Shown here: in pieces, positions 29,516-38,846 of the stretch | How positions within the stretch are numbered: the stretch's first letter is position 1 | How the letters are laid out: each line of letters starts with the position of its first letter | IMG/VR virus record: IMGVR_UViG_3300031707_002291 | Location: 1-60,828 of that record | Length of the DNA: 60,828 nucleotides | Strand: one strand, 5' to 3' | Source: a virus | Taxonomy: Duplodnaviria; Caudoviricetes | Position numbers and translations under genes: made by a program | The notes under the pieces: generated by a model | Databases searched by the model: none | The model's input: the letters and a program-made list of their open reading frames with translations, nothing else | What the model was told of the DNA's origin: nothing

Positions 29516-29946
29516 CCGCACGACTAGCCAATCTCAGCGACGTGGATTACATTAGGAGGAAGCTCCTCAGTCGTGGGCAGAACTACGCCGACTCTGCCAT
29601 CCAGAAGATGGCTACCAGCCCACGATTCCTAACTGTCGTTGCCCCTCCGACTGGCCTGTTCTGGCTTTGCCAGGACGAGGCCGACCTGACACTTCTCCAC
29701 GCGGGCCTTACCTTTAGCAGCGGCCCTGCTCAGACCATTGAGATGCTCAGGCTGATGCTCGCCCTCAACCCCTGGCCGAATTGGAAACTGTGTCGCGTCC
29801 AGGCCGACCCCGCCGTGTGTAGTGCCGACGCGCAACAGGCGATAACCGACGTGGCCAAGATGTCCGTGGTGGGGCAGGTGGGCAAGGCCAAAGTATATGA
29901 GATTACGAAGGCGACCCTGCTAAAGAACTTGGGAGTAAAACCATGA
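29512..29946 (+). CDS. Hypothetical protein
   Basis: Coupled ATGA start. Confidence 0.55.
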   Translation: MTARLANLSDVDYIRRKLLSRGQNYADSAIQKMATSPRFLTVVAPPTGLFWLCQDEADLTLLHAGLTFSSGPAQTIEMLRLMLALNPWPNWKLCRVQADPAVCSADAQQAITDVAKMSVVGQVGKAKVYEITKATLLKNLGVKP

Positions 29947-30188
29947 GTTGGGGTCACGAAGCACGGGATGTTGAGCGTCCCGATCACTGGATACCGAAGG
30001 ATGCAGGACCAGGCATACCGACCCGCCCCAAGAGCCCTTTCTACCGCGCAGTTTGTGGCGAGCGGGCACAACCCTATGGCCCTTGCCCACCGCCATCTGA
30101 AGAACTGCGATGCCTGGAATGTCTCAGGCTCGCGGGTGACGAGATCGCGGCCTACGAGAAGGGCCTCGAAGGAATGGTCTTCGCATGA
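29943..30188 (+). CDS. Small hypothetical protein (H...C...CxxC)
   Basis: Coupled at both ends. Confidence 0.55.
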   Translation: MSWGHEARDVERPDHWIPKDAGPGIPTRPKSPFYRAVCGERAQPYGPCPPPSEELRCLECLRLAGDEIAAYEKGLEGMVFA

Positions 30189-31456
30189 CCATCCGCTACC
30201 AAGACTTCTTTGGCGGCGAGAGCGGCACCCTGCTAATCGATGGCGACAAGGCGCCTCCTGGGGACGTTGCTCCGGCAGGTTGGGCTAATGTCTCCTCCCC
30301 CGTCAAGACCGGAGCGAGGGCCATCCGCATCAACGTCAACGGTAGTCAGTCGAGTCAGGCTGGCATAATTTCCTACTACGACGAACCCGAGGTCTCCTGT
30401 TGGATGATGCAACTGCACGCCTGGGTCGTGCAGTCAGGAGTGCCTGCACTTCCCTATTGCCTCGCTGGATTTGTTTGGTCAACGCGGGTTGGCCTAGAAG
30501 TTGGCACCGACAGTAAGATTCGATTGGTACAGATGGGTGCCTCGTATACTCCCGCGATTGCTTGGGCTGACCGCGTGGCCCTCACGGACTGGTCAATCGA
30601 TGCCTTGGCGACAGACGATGTGACGTTCAAGGAGGTTAGTTTCTGGCTCGACCCCAAAACCCTTGGGATGGACCATACCTGGGCCACGTTGATTATTGAT
30701 GATGTCGTGCAGTGGTCGGCAGATATTGGAGACACGTCTGGCTCGGCAAGTGCGGCTTGGATATTCTACACCTGCCCCGCTGCGGCCAACGCTGCCATCT
30801 ATGTAACCCTGGACGACTGTGTTGGCCTCGCTTCAACCTTAGCCGCCGATGCGCCCCACCTTGTCAAATGGCCGAAGCCGGAGGTCCACGCCCAGGCAGC
30901 CATCGCCGACGTGGTAGGGAGGGACGAGTGGACGGGTACGCCGGAGGCGACGGACCAGTGGAAGAACTGGCTCACTGACGATGGGGATACGAGTTACAAC
31001 TACCCCTCTGTTACCAGCCAGAAACAGGCCAGCGACGGCCAGACGGCAGCGACGGTGGGGATAACCGGACACACCGTCCTTACCGAGTTAATGTCAGGCA
31101 TCTATGGCCCTATCCTCAACTTTGTCCACCGCGACACCGGCTCTGGAACCAAATGGAATAACGCAATCTACAACAGCCTGGGGACCGCGTTTCCAGCCAC
31201 TATAGGCAGGCCAGGTACGACCTACATCGGCAGCCGGTCCTTCTTCGTTCGGAGTAGTGGTAGTTGGGCCGTCGCAGACCTTGCGGACCTAAACTTCGGC
31301 CTGACCGCCGGAGACACCCTCGATGTACCCTGGCGCGTGACCCTGTGTGTCATGCAGTGGTGTACCTATATCAATACCTTTGCGCTACTTCCGATTCCCG
31401 GAGAGCCGTGGCCACCCGTGGGGGGTCAGCGACGACAACTCGGAGCATTTGTGTAG
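30185..31456 (+). CDS. Putative virion accessory/receptor-binding protein
   Basis: 423 aa rich in Trp/Thr/Gly, beta-type composition; end of tail module. Confidence 0.5.
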   Translation: MTIRYQDFFGGESGTLLIDGDKAPPGDVAPAGWANVSSPVKTGARAIRINVNGSQSSQAGIISYYDEPEVSCWMMQLHAWVVQSGVPALPYCLAGFVWSTRVGLEVGTDSKIRLVQMGASYTPAIAWADRVALTDWSIDALATDDVTFKEVSFWLDPKTLGMDHTWATLIIDDVVQWSADIGDTSGSASAAWIFYTCPAAANAAIYVTLDDCVGLASTLAADAPHLVKWPKPEVHAQAAIADVVGRDEWTGTPEATDQWKNWLTDDGDTSYNYPSVTSQKQASDGQTAATVGITGHTVLTELMSGIYGPILNFVHRDTGSGTKWNNAIYNSLGTAFPATIGRPGTTYIGSRSFFVRSSGSWAVADLADLNFGLTAGDTLDVPWRVTLCVMQWCTYINTFALLPIPGEPWPPVGGQRRQLGAFV

Positions 31457-31458
31457 GA

Positions 31459-31487
31459 TTGCCAATGGCCAGCCGTCAGCGTAGGCT
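31459..31487 (+). promoter_or_regulatory. Sigma70-type promoter of the phage sigma gene (leaderless)
   Basis: TTGCCA-17-TAGGCT with half-operator CAGCCG; GTG at 31494. Confidence 0.5.
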
Positions 31488-31493
31488 CTAGGC

Positions 31494-32030
31494 GTGGTTA
31501 CGATCGACGGCGCTGACCTGGCCCTGGCTCCCGAGGTGGTGGGGATGATCCAGGCCGTAGCCCGGCGGGCCGGCATCGCCGACGGCGTCGGCTACCTAGG
31601 CCGCGAGGACGTTCTAAGCGAGCTAATGCTGGTGGCCCTCCAGGCCGAGCCGCTATACGATCCTACGCGCGGCAAGTTCACCACCTTCGTCTGGAAGCGC
31701 CTGTGGGGCCGCGCCGTCGACCTGCGCCGCCGGCATGGGCGGCAGCTACGTGACGGCCAGCCTCGCCCCGTAGAGGTCGGCCTGGAGGAGGCCGAGTCCC
31801 TCGAGGATGGCTCGCCGTCCGCCAGCGACGGCAGTTTGATGCACGCCATCTCTCGCCTACCGGGCCGCGAGCGCGCGGCCCTTTTGATGCGCGACGTGGG
31901 CGGCGTGCCGGCCGCTGACGTGGGGCGCGTCCTGGGCATCGGTAAGAGCCAAGCCAAGGACCTACGCCGGCAGGCGGTCCGCCGGCTACATGTTGCCTTC
32001 CGGCCGGCAGGTGGCCGACCATTAGGGTAG
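31494..32030 (+). CDS. Phage-encoded sigma70-family factor (regions 2 and 4; FliA/WhiG-like)
   Basis: REDVLSE...YDPTRGKFTTF...R..G..VD.RR; AI.RLP.RER.....EVG.VLG.S-type HTH. Confidence 0.85.
   Translation: MVTIDGADLALAPEVVGMIQAVARRAGIADGVGYLGREDVLSELMLVALQAEPLYDPTRGKFTTFVWKRLWGRAVDLRRRHGRQLRDGQPRPVEVGLEEAESLEDGSPSASDGSLMHAISRLPGRERAALLMRDVGGVPAADVGRVLGIGKSQAKDLRRQAVRRLHVAFRPAGGRPLG
32014..32023 (+). promoter_or_regulatory. Putative late-promoter motif GCCGACCATT
   Basis: In the 3' end of the sigma gene, before the holin SD. Confidence 0.55.
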
Positions 32031-32044
32031 GAGGATAAGGCCGC

Positions 32045-32317
32045 ATGAACATAAAGCTGAACGAGAAGCACATCATCCTAGGCGTCGTGGGCGGCGCCTT
32101 CCTGATTATGCTCCTCACGGCTAGCGTCTGTGTCATGCTCGGCCACGACGTGCCAGACGACTATTTCGCCTTCATGAAGGAGCTCGGCACCTTCTTCCTC
32201 GGCGGTAGCGCCATCGCCATTTTCGCCAACGGGGCTAAGAACGGGTGGAATAAGTTGAACGGCGGGACCACACCGGCGCCGCCTCCAGCGGTGGGGTCGG
32301 GGGCGCCGCCAGGCTAG
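32045..32317 (+). CDS. Putative holin
   Basis: 90 aa; two hydrophobic segments; near the endolysin. Confidence 0.6.
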   Translation: MNIKLNEKHIILGVVGGAFLIMLLTASVCVMLGHDVPDDYFAFMKELGTFFLGGSAIAIFANGAKNGWNKLNGGTTPAPPPAVGSGAPPG

Positions 32318-32323
32318 GGTCAG

Positions 32324-32674
32324 ATGCACGTCCTGGTCGACATCAAGACCCGCCGCGTAGCGGCCCGCCGGGATTGGACCCCCCGCGCCGCTAACGCCTT
32401 TGTCGACCGCGCCGTAGAGATCACCGGGCTTAGCCCATTCGGCGAGCGCCAGGTAATCGAGCACGACGACCTGGTGATCTTCTGCCAGCTCATCGCCGAA
32501 TCCCACATCATCGGCCACCTGGATCGCCACCGCGGGCGGGCCTGGGTGGACGTCTTCTCGTGCCGGGATGTCGACGCCGACCTCGTGGAGGCCGCCGTCC
32601 TTCAGTACCTGGTGCCGCCCAGCGCCGCCAGCACCAGTACGGTGCGCGTCCTCGATCGGGGCATCCTACCATGA
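32324..32674 (+). CDS. speD: S-adenosylmethionine decarboxylase proenzyme-like (pyruvoyl)
   Basis: MH..VD N-terminus; LIAE/SHI..H self-cleavage site; VDVFSC. Confidence 0.85.
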   Translation: MHVLVDIKTRRVAARRDWTPRAANAFVDRAVEITGLSPFGERQVIEHDDLVIFCQLIAESHIIGHLDRHRGRAWVDVFSCRDVDADLVEAAVLQYLVPPSAASTSTVRVLDRGILP

Positions 32675-32782
32675 GGCCCGTCGGTGGAGACCTGGACGCC
32701 GCCCCGTTTCAGCACCGACCTGAGCGCCGGCAACCGCTTTAGTCCTGTCGGCTTTGACCGCCTGATCGGAAGGAGACTCACC

Positions 32783-33649
32783 ATGACACCGCAGCTCGCC
32801 GGCCGGCCTTGGGCCTGGTGGAATCAAAACAGCGACATCTCCTTTGACCTTGCCCGGCTCGTGCAGCGCGCCCTAGATGCGCGCCTGGGCGGCATACTCG
32901 CCAAATGGGGCTACCCGGATGTCGAGGCCGCCTTCGCCCGCGCGGGTCTGCCCTGGGGAACCGAGCGCTACGTATACCCTCACCAGGCCCAGCTCGAAGG
33001 GAATAGGCTGGCCGACGCGGTCGACGCCGGCGCCGTCCTGGCGGTGATCAACGCTGAGAAGGAGTGGGAAGCGCTGGACGCGGCGCCGATGGAGCTGTTG
33101 ATCGCCACGTTCAGGGCGCGCCATCCGACTACGGAGCTCTACGCTTCCGTCGACACCAGGGGGAACCGGCTAACGCTACCCTACCAGCGGGTCCTCGCCC
33201 AGCACGTCGCTGGCTGGTTGCCGATGATCTACCCGTTCGCCTTCTACGGCCGCGACGGCGAGGGTAACAGGATCACCCCGCCGCCGGACTTCGTGGCCCG
33301 AGCCTTCGCCGCCTGCATCGACGGCCACGACTTCGGCGGAATCCCCGTCTACCCGACGATCCAACTGTACGACGACATAGGCGCCGCGGCCGTCCAGCAG
33401 GAGCTTGCCGAGGTCGCCGCGCGAGGGCTGGAGGGCTACCAAGCCTACACGATCCCCCACGCTACGGCGCCTGAGTGGGCCGTGATCGTGAACGCGGCCC
33501 AGGAGGCCCCCATCGCGGAGCCGACCGTCGCCCAGGAGCTGGCCGCCATCCGTGCGCTCCAGCCGGCGCTGACGGCGGTAGACCTAGCGAAGCTGGTTGG
33601 GCAAATCCGCTGGCTCTACCTCCAGGCCGGCCGGCCGTTCCCGTCCTAG
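32783..33649 (+). CDS. Putative endolysin (TIM-barrel glycoside hydrolase-like)
   Basis: ATG after AGGAG; VINAEKEW, PMIYP and P..PTIQLY patterns; lysis-module position. Confidence 0.55.
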   Translation: MTPQLAGRPWAWWNQNSDISFDLARLVQRALDARLGGILAKWGYPDVEAAFARAGLPWGTERYVYPHQAQLEGNRLADAVDAGAVLAVINAEKEWEALDAAPMELLIATFRARHPTTELYASVDTRGNRLTLPYQRVLAQHVAGWLPMIYPFAFYGRDGEGNRITPPPDFVARAFAACIDGHDFGGIPVYPTIQLYDDIGAAAVQQELAEVAARGLEGYQAYTIPHATAPEWAVIVNAAQEAPIAEPTVAQELAAIRALQPALTAVDLAKLVGQIRWLYLQAGRPFPS

Positions 33650-33653
33650 CCGC

Positions 33654-33845
33654 ATGACGTGGCTCTACTATCGCGGTAACGCCCGCCGGACCATCGCCGG
33701 GCCCGCGACCGGCATGGCCTATAGCTGTGCGCCGCGTTCCTTCATCCAGGCCGAGGATGCTGACGTGGCCGGCCTTCTCCGCATGGTCAAGAGCCGGTGT
33801 GGCTGTGGCCACATGTTTCAGCGCCGGCAACCCCGCCGAGCTTGA
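33654..33845 (+). CDS. Small Cys-tailed hypothetical protein (paralog of 3453..3662)
   Basis: LYYRG...GPATG.AY...DADV.GLL...CGCG. Confidence 0.6.
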   Translation: MTWLYYRGNARRTIAGPATGMAYSCAPRSFIQAEDADVAGLLRMVKSRCGCGHMFQRRQPRRA

Positions 33846-33871
33846 CACAGACTGGCCGTTACGGCTATCAT
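33842..33871 (+). promoter_or_regulatory. Sigma70 promoter with palindromic operator
   Basis: TTGACA-18-TATCAT; TGGCCG-TTA-CGGCTA at 33853-33867. Confidence 0.75.
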
Positions 33872-33881
33872 ACCTTCCGCC

Positions 33882-34343
33882 ATGATAACGCGCGCCAGGG
33901 CCGTCCAGCGGTGGGCGAAGGATCGCCTATGCGCCGAGTGCGGCACCCGCCTAGTCGCAGGGCCGGCCGGCCCCCTCTGCCCTCTAACTCCGGGGCATGT
34001 GGGTTCCCTGACCGCCCCATCGGGCATCCTGGCGCGCGTCATGGTGGAATGGGGGCGGGGGCTGGAGGCCGATGCTGAAGTGGTGGCGGCCTATCGGGGG
34101 CCGCTGGCCTATTGGCTAATGCGGCTGCACATGTGGGGAAATCATCGCCTCTGCCCCTTCCTAAATCCGCTGTTGGGGGAGAACCTGGACTGTTACGCCG
34201 GCGAGGCGTTGAAGCATCCGCCGCCCTATCCGGGCCTGGCCGCGATCTCCCCGTCAGAGTGTGCCGCCGACTGTACCGCCGAGTGTACCGATCTCGGGAC
34301 AGATCGTGCGACAGTCGAGGCGGCCCTAGGAGGTTGCCAGTGA
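33882..34343 (+). CDS. Hypothetical Cys-containing protein
   Basis: CAECG...LCP..H; first gene of the recombination operon. Confidence 0.6.
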   Translation: MITRARAVQRWAKDRLCAECGTRLVAGPAGPLCPLTPGHVGSLTAPSGILARVMVEWGRGLEADAEVVAAYRGPLAYWLMRLHMWGNHRLCPFLNPLLGENLDCYAGEALKHPPPYPGLAAISPSECAADCTAECTDLGTDRATVEAALGGCQ

Positions 34344-35206
34344 CCCAGAATCAAGACCAGGCCCTGGTAGTAGTCGGCACGCGGCCGCTACCGGCCACCA
34401 AGCAAAACGTCGACACCATGAAGCGGTTCGTCCAGGTGATGGACCCCCGCGCCGACCCGAAACAGGCCTGGGCGCTAGCGGTCGTCGCCGTACGGCTCGG
34501 CCTGCACCCGTTCAATAACGAGGTCATGCTGTACGAGGGCCAGGTGTTCATCACGATCCACGGCCGGCGCCGGCTAGCGGAGCGGAGTGGCGATCTGGCC
34601 GCCATCCAGCCAGGGATCGTCAGGGACGAGCAACTCCGGCGCGACATGGGCGCCACCATCAAGGGCGACATCGTGGCCGAGTGCCGAATCTACCGGCGTA
34701 GCGACGAGCGCCCGACCATCCAGTACAGCCTGGTCCGCGCCATGGAGCGCTGGCCTAGCGACAAGGAAGCCGAGGCCCTCGGCGTTAGCCGCCAGCAGCT
34801 CGAGAAGCTGCGTAACAACGATGATCCCGACGGCCTGTTCGCCCTGGTTACAAATCCCCGCGCCAAGGTCCGGCCCATCATCATGCAGCCGCAGCTCATG
34901 GCGATGAAGCGGGCGGAGGCCCGCGCGCTCGACGCCCTGGCCGGCGTACCCCTACCGACATACGACCCGGAGATGGGTACCCAGGTCGCCAACGGCGTCC
35001 TGCCGGGCTACATGCTTCAGGAGGACCCAGAGCCCGCTCCGGCCCCGTCTACGGCCGAGCCATCGCCGCCGCCGCCGCCATCGACGCCGTCACAGCAAGA
35101 GGGCGGCGCCCAGCCCGAGCTCCGCCCGCCCTGCCCGAATAACTGGCAGACGTGCAACTGCGCCGAGCACCAGGCGGAGCGCCAGGCCCGCCGCGCCAGG
35201 GAGTAG
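34340..35206 (+). CDS. recT: RecT/Bet-like single-strand annealing protein
   Basis: LGLHPF..EV, ITIHGRRRLAERSG, P..MA.KRAEARAL motifs; GTG start after AGGAGG. Confidence 0.75.
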   Translation: MTQNQDQALVVVGTRPLPATKQNVDTMKRFVQVMDPRADPKQAWALAVVAVRLGLHPFNNEVMLYEGQVFITIHGRRRLAERSGDLAAIQPGIVRDEQLRRDMGATIKGDIVAECRIYRRSDERPTIQYSLVRAMERWPSDKEAEALGVSRQQLEKLRNNDDPDGLFALVTNPRAKVRPIIMQPQLMAMKRAEARALDALAGVPLPTYDPEMGTQVANGVLPGYMLQEDPEPAPAPSTAEPSPPPPPSTPSQQEGGAQPELRPPCPNNWQTCNCAEHQAERQARRARE

Positions 35207-35209
35207 CTC

Positions 35210-35443
35210 ATGGGCGGACGGAACCTAGCCACGTACCCGCGATGTCCGAAGTGTCACCGCAAGCGCGATGTGGCTAGGTTCCCCAGGGCCTGGCCCCCGT
35301 GGTATTGCCAGCCGTGCGACCTTAACTTCTACGTCCGCCTCGGCTTCTCGACCGTTGATGATAGCGACCTGCCGCCGTACCCTAGCGACATCAAGCCGGC
35401 CTGTAAGCCCCAAGGATTGGGGGTAGCCCATGACCCGACCTAA
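35210..35443 (+). CDS. Zinc-finger hypothetical protein
   Basis: CPKC...WYCQPC. Confidence 0.6.
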   Translation: MGGRNLATYPRCPKCHRKRDVARFPRAWPPWYCQPCDLNFYVRLGFSTVDDSDLPPYPSDIKPACKPQGLGVAHDPT

Positions 35444-36020
35444 GACGGATGAAGCCGTCGGCCCGCCGGCCAACACCACGGCCGGCGACGTGACCGACCA
35501 GGCCCAAGAACCGCCGGCGATCGAGACGATCCCGCGCCGGCCGCCGGAGCCGGCCGACCTGCCCGAGGTTCCAGAGGAGCCCGCCGCCGCGGAGGCCGAG
35601 ACCCTCGAGCGGCTACCGCCGGCGCCACTTCATCTAACCCTGGAGGCGAAGGGCCGCGTGGTAGCGTGGGCACCCAAGGCGACCGATACCGGCCAGGTTT
35701 GCCGGATCACCTTCGAGACCTCCGACATCGACGGCGACGATCTCGACCTTCTATGGTCCGCCCAGCCCTTCCTTGCCCACATGACGCTGACCTTCTCCGG
35801 CCGGAGCCAGCGCATGCCGATGGAGGCACGCGCCCAGGAGATCGACACAGGGGCACCGGCCGCCGAGCCCGACGCCTCCGGCGAACCGCTGGCCGAGGTC
35901 CGTGTCAGCATTGGACTAGGCGGCTCGGCATTCGCCCAGCCGGGCGAGGGCCGACAGCCGGAAGGGTACGCCGTGCCGCCGGACGAGACCGACCAGAAAG
36001 CGGCGTCGGATGAACCCTAA
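35430..36020 (+). CDS. Hypothetical protein
   Basis: 196 aa; acidic/Pro-rich. Confidence 0.6.
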   Translation: MTRPKTDEAVGPPANTTAGDVTDQAQEPPAIETIPRRPPEPADLPEVPEEPAAAEAETLERLPPAPLHLTLEAKGRVVAWAPKATDTGQVCRITFETSDIDGDDLDLLWSAQPFLAHMTLTFSGRSQRMPMEARAQEIDTGAPAAEPDASGEPLAEVRVSIGLGGSAFAQPGEGRQPEGYAVPPDETDQKAASDEP

Positions 36021-36237
36021 GCTGCGCCGGCTTGTGGCCGAGCTCATAGGCGGCTGCCAGGTGCCGCGTTCCCTGGGGGTATTAGGGGCCGCCGAGGCGC
36101 CCTTTGACGGCCTGTGCGACGCCCTTCACCTGTTCGGCTATCCCGACGCCGACGAGATTGAGCGCAAGCTGGAGCTGGCCGAGGCCGACCCTCGTACCGT
36201 GAAGTTACCGACAGCCGGCCGGCCAGGAGCGGTCTAG
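36010..36237 (+). CDS. Hypothetical protein
   Basis: 75 aa; overlapping start. Confidence 0.5.
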   Translation: MNPKLRRLVAELIGGCQVPRSLGVLGAAEAPFDGLCDALHLFGYPDADEIERKLELAEADPRTVKLPTAGRPGAV

Positions 36238-36279
36238 GGAGGCGCCTGTCGGCTAAGGCGCGTAAGCCCATCAATAACC

Positions 36280-36307
36280 TTGACGCAGGGCCGCCTCCGG
36301 CTATGAT
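36280..36307 (+). promoter_or_regulatory. Sigma70 promoter with variant operator
   Basis: TTGACG-16-TATGAT; GGCCG-CCTC-CGGCTA. Confidence 0.5.
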
Positions 36308-36388
36308 CCAGGGGCGGCCCTAATAAATGGGCGCAGCCGCGAGGCTGGGGGCCTCCGGCTGCATGGCACTAGGAAAGTCAGGTTCCCG

Positions 36389-36499
36389 ATGCCCCTCCAA
36401 GATACCATAATCCCCGAAGAATGGCACCCCGTCGCCCGGTATGAAGGCTGGTACGAGGTCTCGAACCTCGGCCGCATACGACCTTGCCCTTATCGGTAG
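36389..36499 (+). pseudogene. NUMOD4 fragment (36 aa)
   Basis: PEEWHPVARYEGWYEVSNLGRIR then stop; no HNH domain. Confidence 0.7.
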
Positions 36500-36525
36500 T
36501 TTTAAGGTAAGAAAGGACTCTCCCC

Positions 36526-37080
36526 ATGCCGCGCCGCCGCTTACCGCCCCACGTTCTCGACATTGCCGCGCCCCAATATCCCCTCCCAGAGGCCTCGCGT
36601 AGTGCGCGCGCCTGCGCGCCCCTCCCCGGCCGTAATGATGATGATGATGATCACATAACTACTGATCTACATCATCATCATCATGTGGGGGGACGGGGGG
36701 CGCGCCTGCGCGCAACCCCTAGCGAGAGACGACTGGCGCGATGGCTCGCCGGCCACCTCTCTTTCGGCAATGCTCTGCCCTTCGTGGTCCGCCACGGCGC
36801 CACTACGGTCGCTAACATCCTACATTGGGAAGGCGTAGTCTCGCCGCGCGTCGAGGGGGGGTGGGACGTTAACTCGCGCTTCCATACGCCGGGCGGTTTC
36901 TTACGCCGGGCGGTAGAGCGCTGGGCGCCTACTGCCATGCCGTCGCCTACGGCCCTAGAGTTCCGGCGCCAGCGGGACCTAGCCGAGGGCGGCCGGTTGA
37001 CAGGGGCTAGCCGTAACGGCTATCATGTCGAAGCCGCGCCGGTTACAGAGCCGCGCCGGCTAGCGATCGGAGGTAAGTAA
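36526..37080 (+). CDS. Putative replication-initiator-like protein
   Basis: Poly-D/poly-H linker encoded by an inverted repeat; C-terminal TPGGFLRRAVE recalls rep-protein C-termini. Confidence 0.4.
   Translation: MPRRRLPPHVLDIAAPQYPLPEASRSARACAPLPGRNDDDDDHITTDLHHHHHVGGRGARLRATPSERRLARWLAGHLSFGNALPFVVRHGATTVANILHWEGVVSPRVEGGWDVNSRFHTPGGFLRRAVERWAPTAMPSPTALEFRRQRDLAEGGRLTGASRNGYHVEAAPVTEPRRLAIGGK
36635..36684. repeat. (ATG)5...(CAT)5 inverted repeat, candidate origin
   Basis: ATGATGATGATGATG 36635-36649 and CATCATCATCATCAT 36670-36684; flanked by direct repeats GCGCGCCTGCGCGC. Confidence 0.75.
36997..37026 (+). promoter_or_regulatory. Sigma70 promoter with perfect operator
   Basis: TTGACA-18-TATCAT; TAGCCG-TAA-CGGCTA at 37008-37022. 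Confidence 0.75.
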
Positions 37081-37082
37081 TC

Positions 37083-37301
37083 ATGGCAGAGGAAGACGAG
37101 CCGCGCCTGGCAATCTCGGTTGAGATGAAGGTCAATCTGGGAAACTACGAGAGCGGCAGTGCCTTCGTTTCCATGAACGGCCTTACGGCTAGGACGGCGC
37201 CGGAGGAAATGGAGGCCTTATTGGCCAATGGTCAGCTAGCCTGGGATAAGGTGCGGACCGACCTGGCGGCCAAGGTGGCCGAGATCAGGCGCATACGATG
37301 A
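37083..37301 (+). CDS. Hypothetical protein
   Basis: K.NLGNYES pattern common in phages; SD GGAGG. Confidence 0.65.
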   Translation: MAEEDEPRLAISVEMKVNLGNYESGSAFVSMNGLTARTAPEEMEALLANGQLAWDKVRTDLAAKVAEIRRIR

Positions 37302-38593
37302 GCGACCTCATTCGAGGCATAGCGACGGCGGATCTCCATCTGGGCATCGACAACGTCGGCGGCGTGAACCAGTACGGCCTGCCGGCGCGCGTTGACGACT
37401 TCTTCGGCGCCCTAGACCACATCTGCATGATCGCCCTCGGCATGGAGGGCGCGGGCTTCGCGGCGACGCAGACAAGGCCAAAGGCCGACCTGCTGGTGAT
37501 CGCCGGCGACCTAACCCGGCACCGGAACCCGCCCCAGCGCATCATGGCGCCCCTGCTGTATCGACTACGCGAGATGTCCAATCGGGGCATCACCGTGGTC
37601 CTGGTACGGGGCAACCACGACGGCGACTCCGGCGGGGGCCAGAGCAACCTGCTAGATTCGGCCCAGATGGTGGGGATGTCTAAGGACGCCCCCATCGTGA
37701 CATTCAACGAGCCGGCGTCGACTACGCTCGAGGTCGGGCCGCCGCCGGGCAAGAAGGTGCGGATCATCGGCGTTCCCTGGCCGCGGCTAGGGCGAGCCGA
37801 CAACCGGCCGCTAGACGAGGTCACGATGGCGGCTGACGAGGCGGTCCGCCAGACCATCGCATGGGCCACGGCGCGGGGCCAGGGCTACGGCGAGCCGATG
37901 CTGATGGTCGGCCACCTGGCGGTAGCGGGCGCAGATCGGGCCAGCGACGTGTGGATGACTCTAGGCTGGGAGCCGCTGGTCCGGCCGGTCGACTTTCCTG
38001 GCCACGTCGACCTGACGGTCCTGGGCCACTACCACAAGCCAGGGCTAGTCAAGGCAACCCGTACGCCCGTGGTCTACTGCGGATCGCCCATCACGATCGA
38101 CTTCGGCGAAGAAGGCCAGGAGAAGGTATGCTGGAGCTTCGCCCTTGACCCGAGCCAGCCGGAGGGGAAGCGGTGCGTAGAGCTGACGCCGATCCCGCTG
38201 CCGGGCCGGCCCTTCCGAACCCTCGAGCTTGACATGGCCGACTTCATCGACCCCGAGGCGGTCACCGGGGCCGCTGTCGACGCGATCCACCAGGCCGGCG
38301 GCCTCGCCGACGCCGTCGTCAGGGTACGGGTGAAGTGCAGGGCGGCCGCCCAGGCGGGCGCGCTAAAGCTGGGCGCCATCGACGCGGCGCTCCGCCAGGA
38401 CGGCGCCTGGTACGTGGCCGGCATAACTGTCGAGGCCCCGCGGGCCGAGCGCCGCTGGGCCGGCGGCGAGGGACTCACGGCGCGGCCGCCCGACGAACTC
38501 CTACGCGAGTACCTGGAGCGGACCGAGCCGGACGAGACCCGCCGGGCCCGCCTGTTCGGGCTGGCGATGGGGCTAAGGGCCGACAATGCCTAG
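37298..38593 (+). CDS. sbcD: SbcD/Mre11-like nuclease
   Basis: ADLHLG, IAGD, GNHD, GHL, LGHYH, YCGSP..IDFGE. Confidence 0.92.
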   Translation: MSDLIRGIATADLHLGIDNVGGVNQYGLPARVDDFFGALDHICMIALGMEGAGFAATQTRPKADLLVIAGDLTRHRNPPQRIMAPLLYRLREMSNRGITVVLVRGNHDGDSGGGQSNLLDSAQMVGMSKDAPIVTFNEPASTTLEVGPPPGKKVRIIGVPWPRLGRADNRPLDEVTMAADEAVRQTIAWATARGQGYGEPMLMVGHLAVAGADRASDVWMTLGWEPLVRPVDFPGHVDLTVLGHYHKPGLVKATRTPVVYCGSPITIDFGEEGQEKVCWSFALDPSQPEGKRCVELTPIPLPGRPFRTLELDMADFIDPEAVTGAAVDAIHQAGGLADAVVRVRVKCRAAAQAGALKLGAIDAALRQDGAWYVAGITVEAPRAERRWAGGEGLTARPPDELLREYLERTEPDETRRARLFGLAMGLRADNA

Positions 38594-38846
38594 GCCATTC
38601 TGCCCCAGGGCCTACGCCCACCTACGCAAGAGGTACGAGGCCTATCCCGATCCATGGTGGCGGGCCTGGCTAAACGAGACGATCGACATCTTAGAGTGGG
38701 CGGCGGGGCAAGAGGAAGCCTTTGCCTTTATGATGGCCCCATTTCAGACCGGGGCAGCGCCGCCTCCCGACCCATGGGTGGGGTTTCTCCGGCAGCTTGG
38801 GGCGCGGGCGCGCGAGGCGGGGGTCCATGCTGATGCTAGGGACTAA
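38586..38846 (+). CDS. Hypothetical protein
   Basis: 86 aa; overlapping start. Confidence 0.5.
   Translation: MPRPFCPRAYAHLRKRYEAYPDPWWRAWLNETIDILEWAAGQEEAFAFMMAPFQTGAAPPPDPWVGFLRQLGARAREAGVHADARD

Noticed and set aside
24374-31456. Diversity-generating retroelement acting on tail genes
   Set aside because: No reverse transcriptase and no TR/VR pair differing at adenines was seen; the fibre repeats are protein-level
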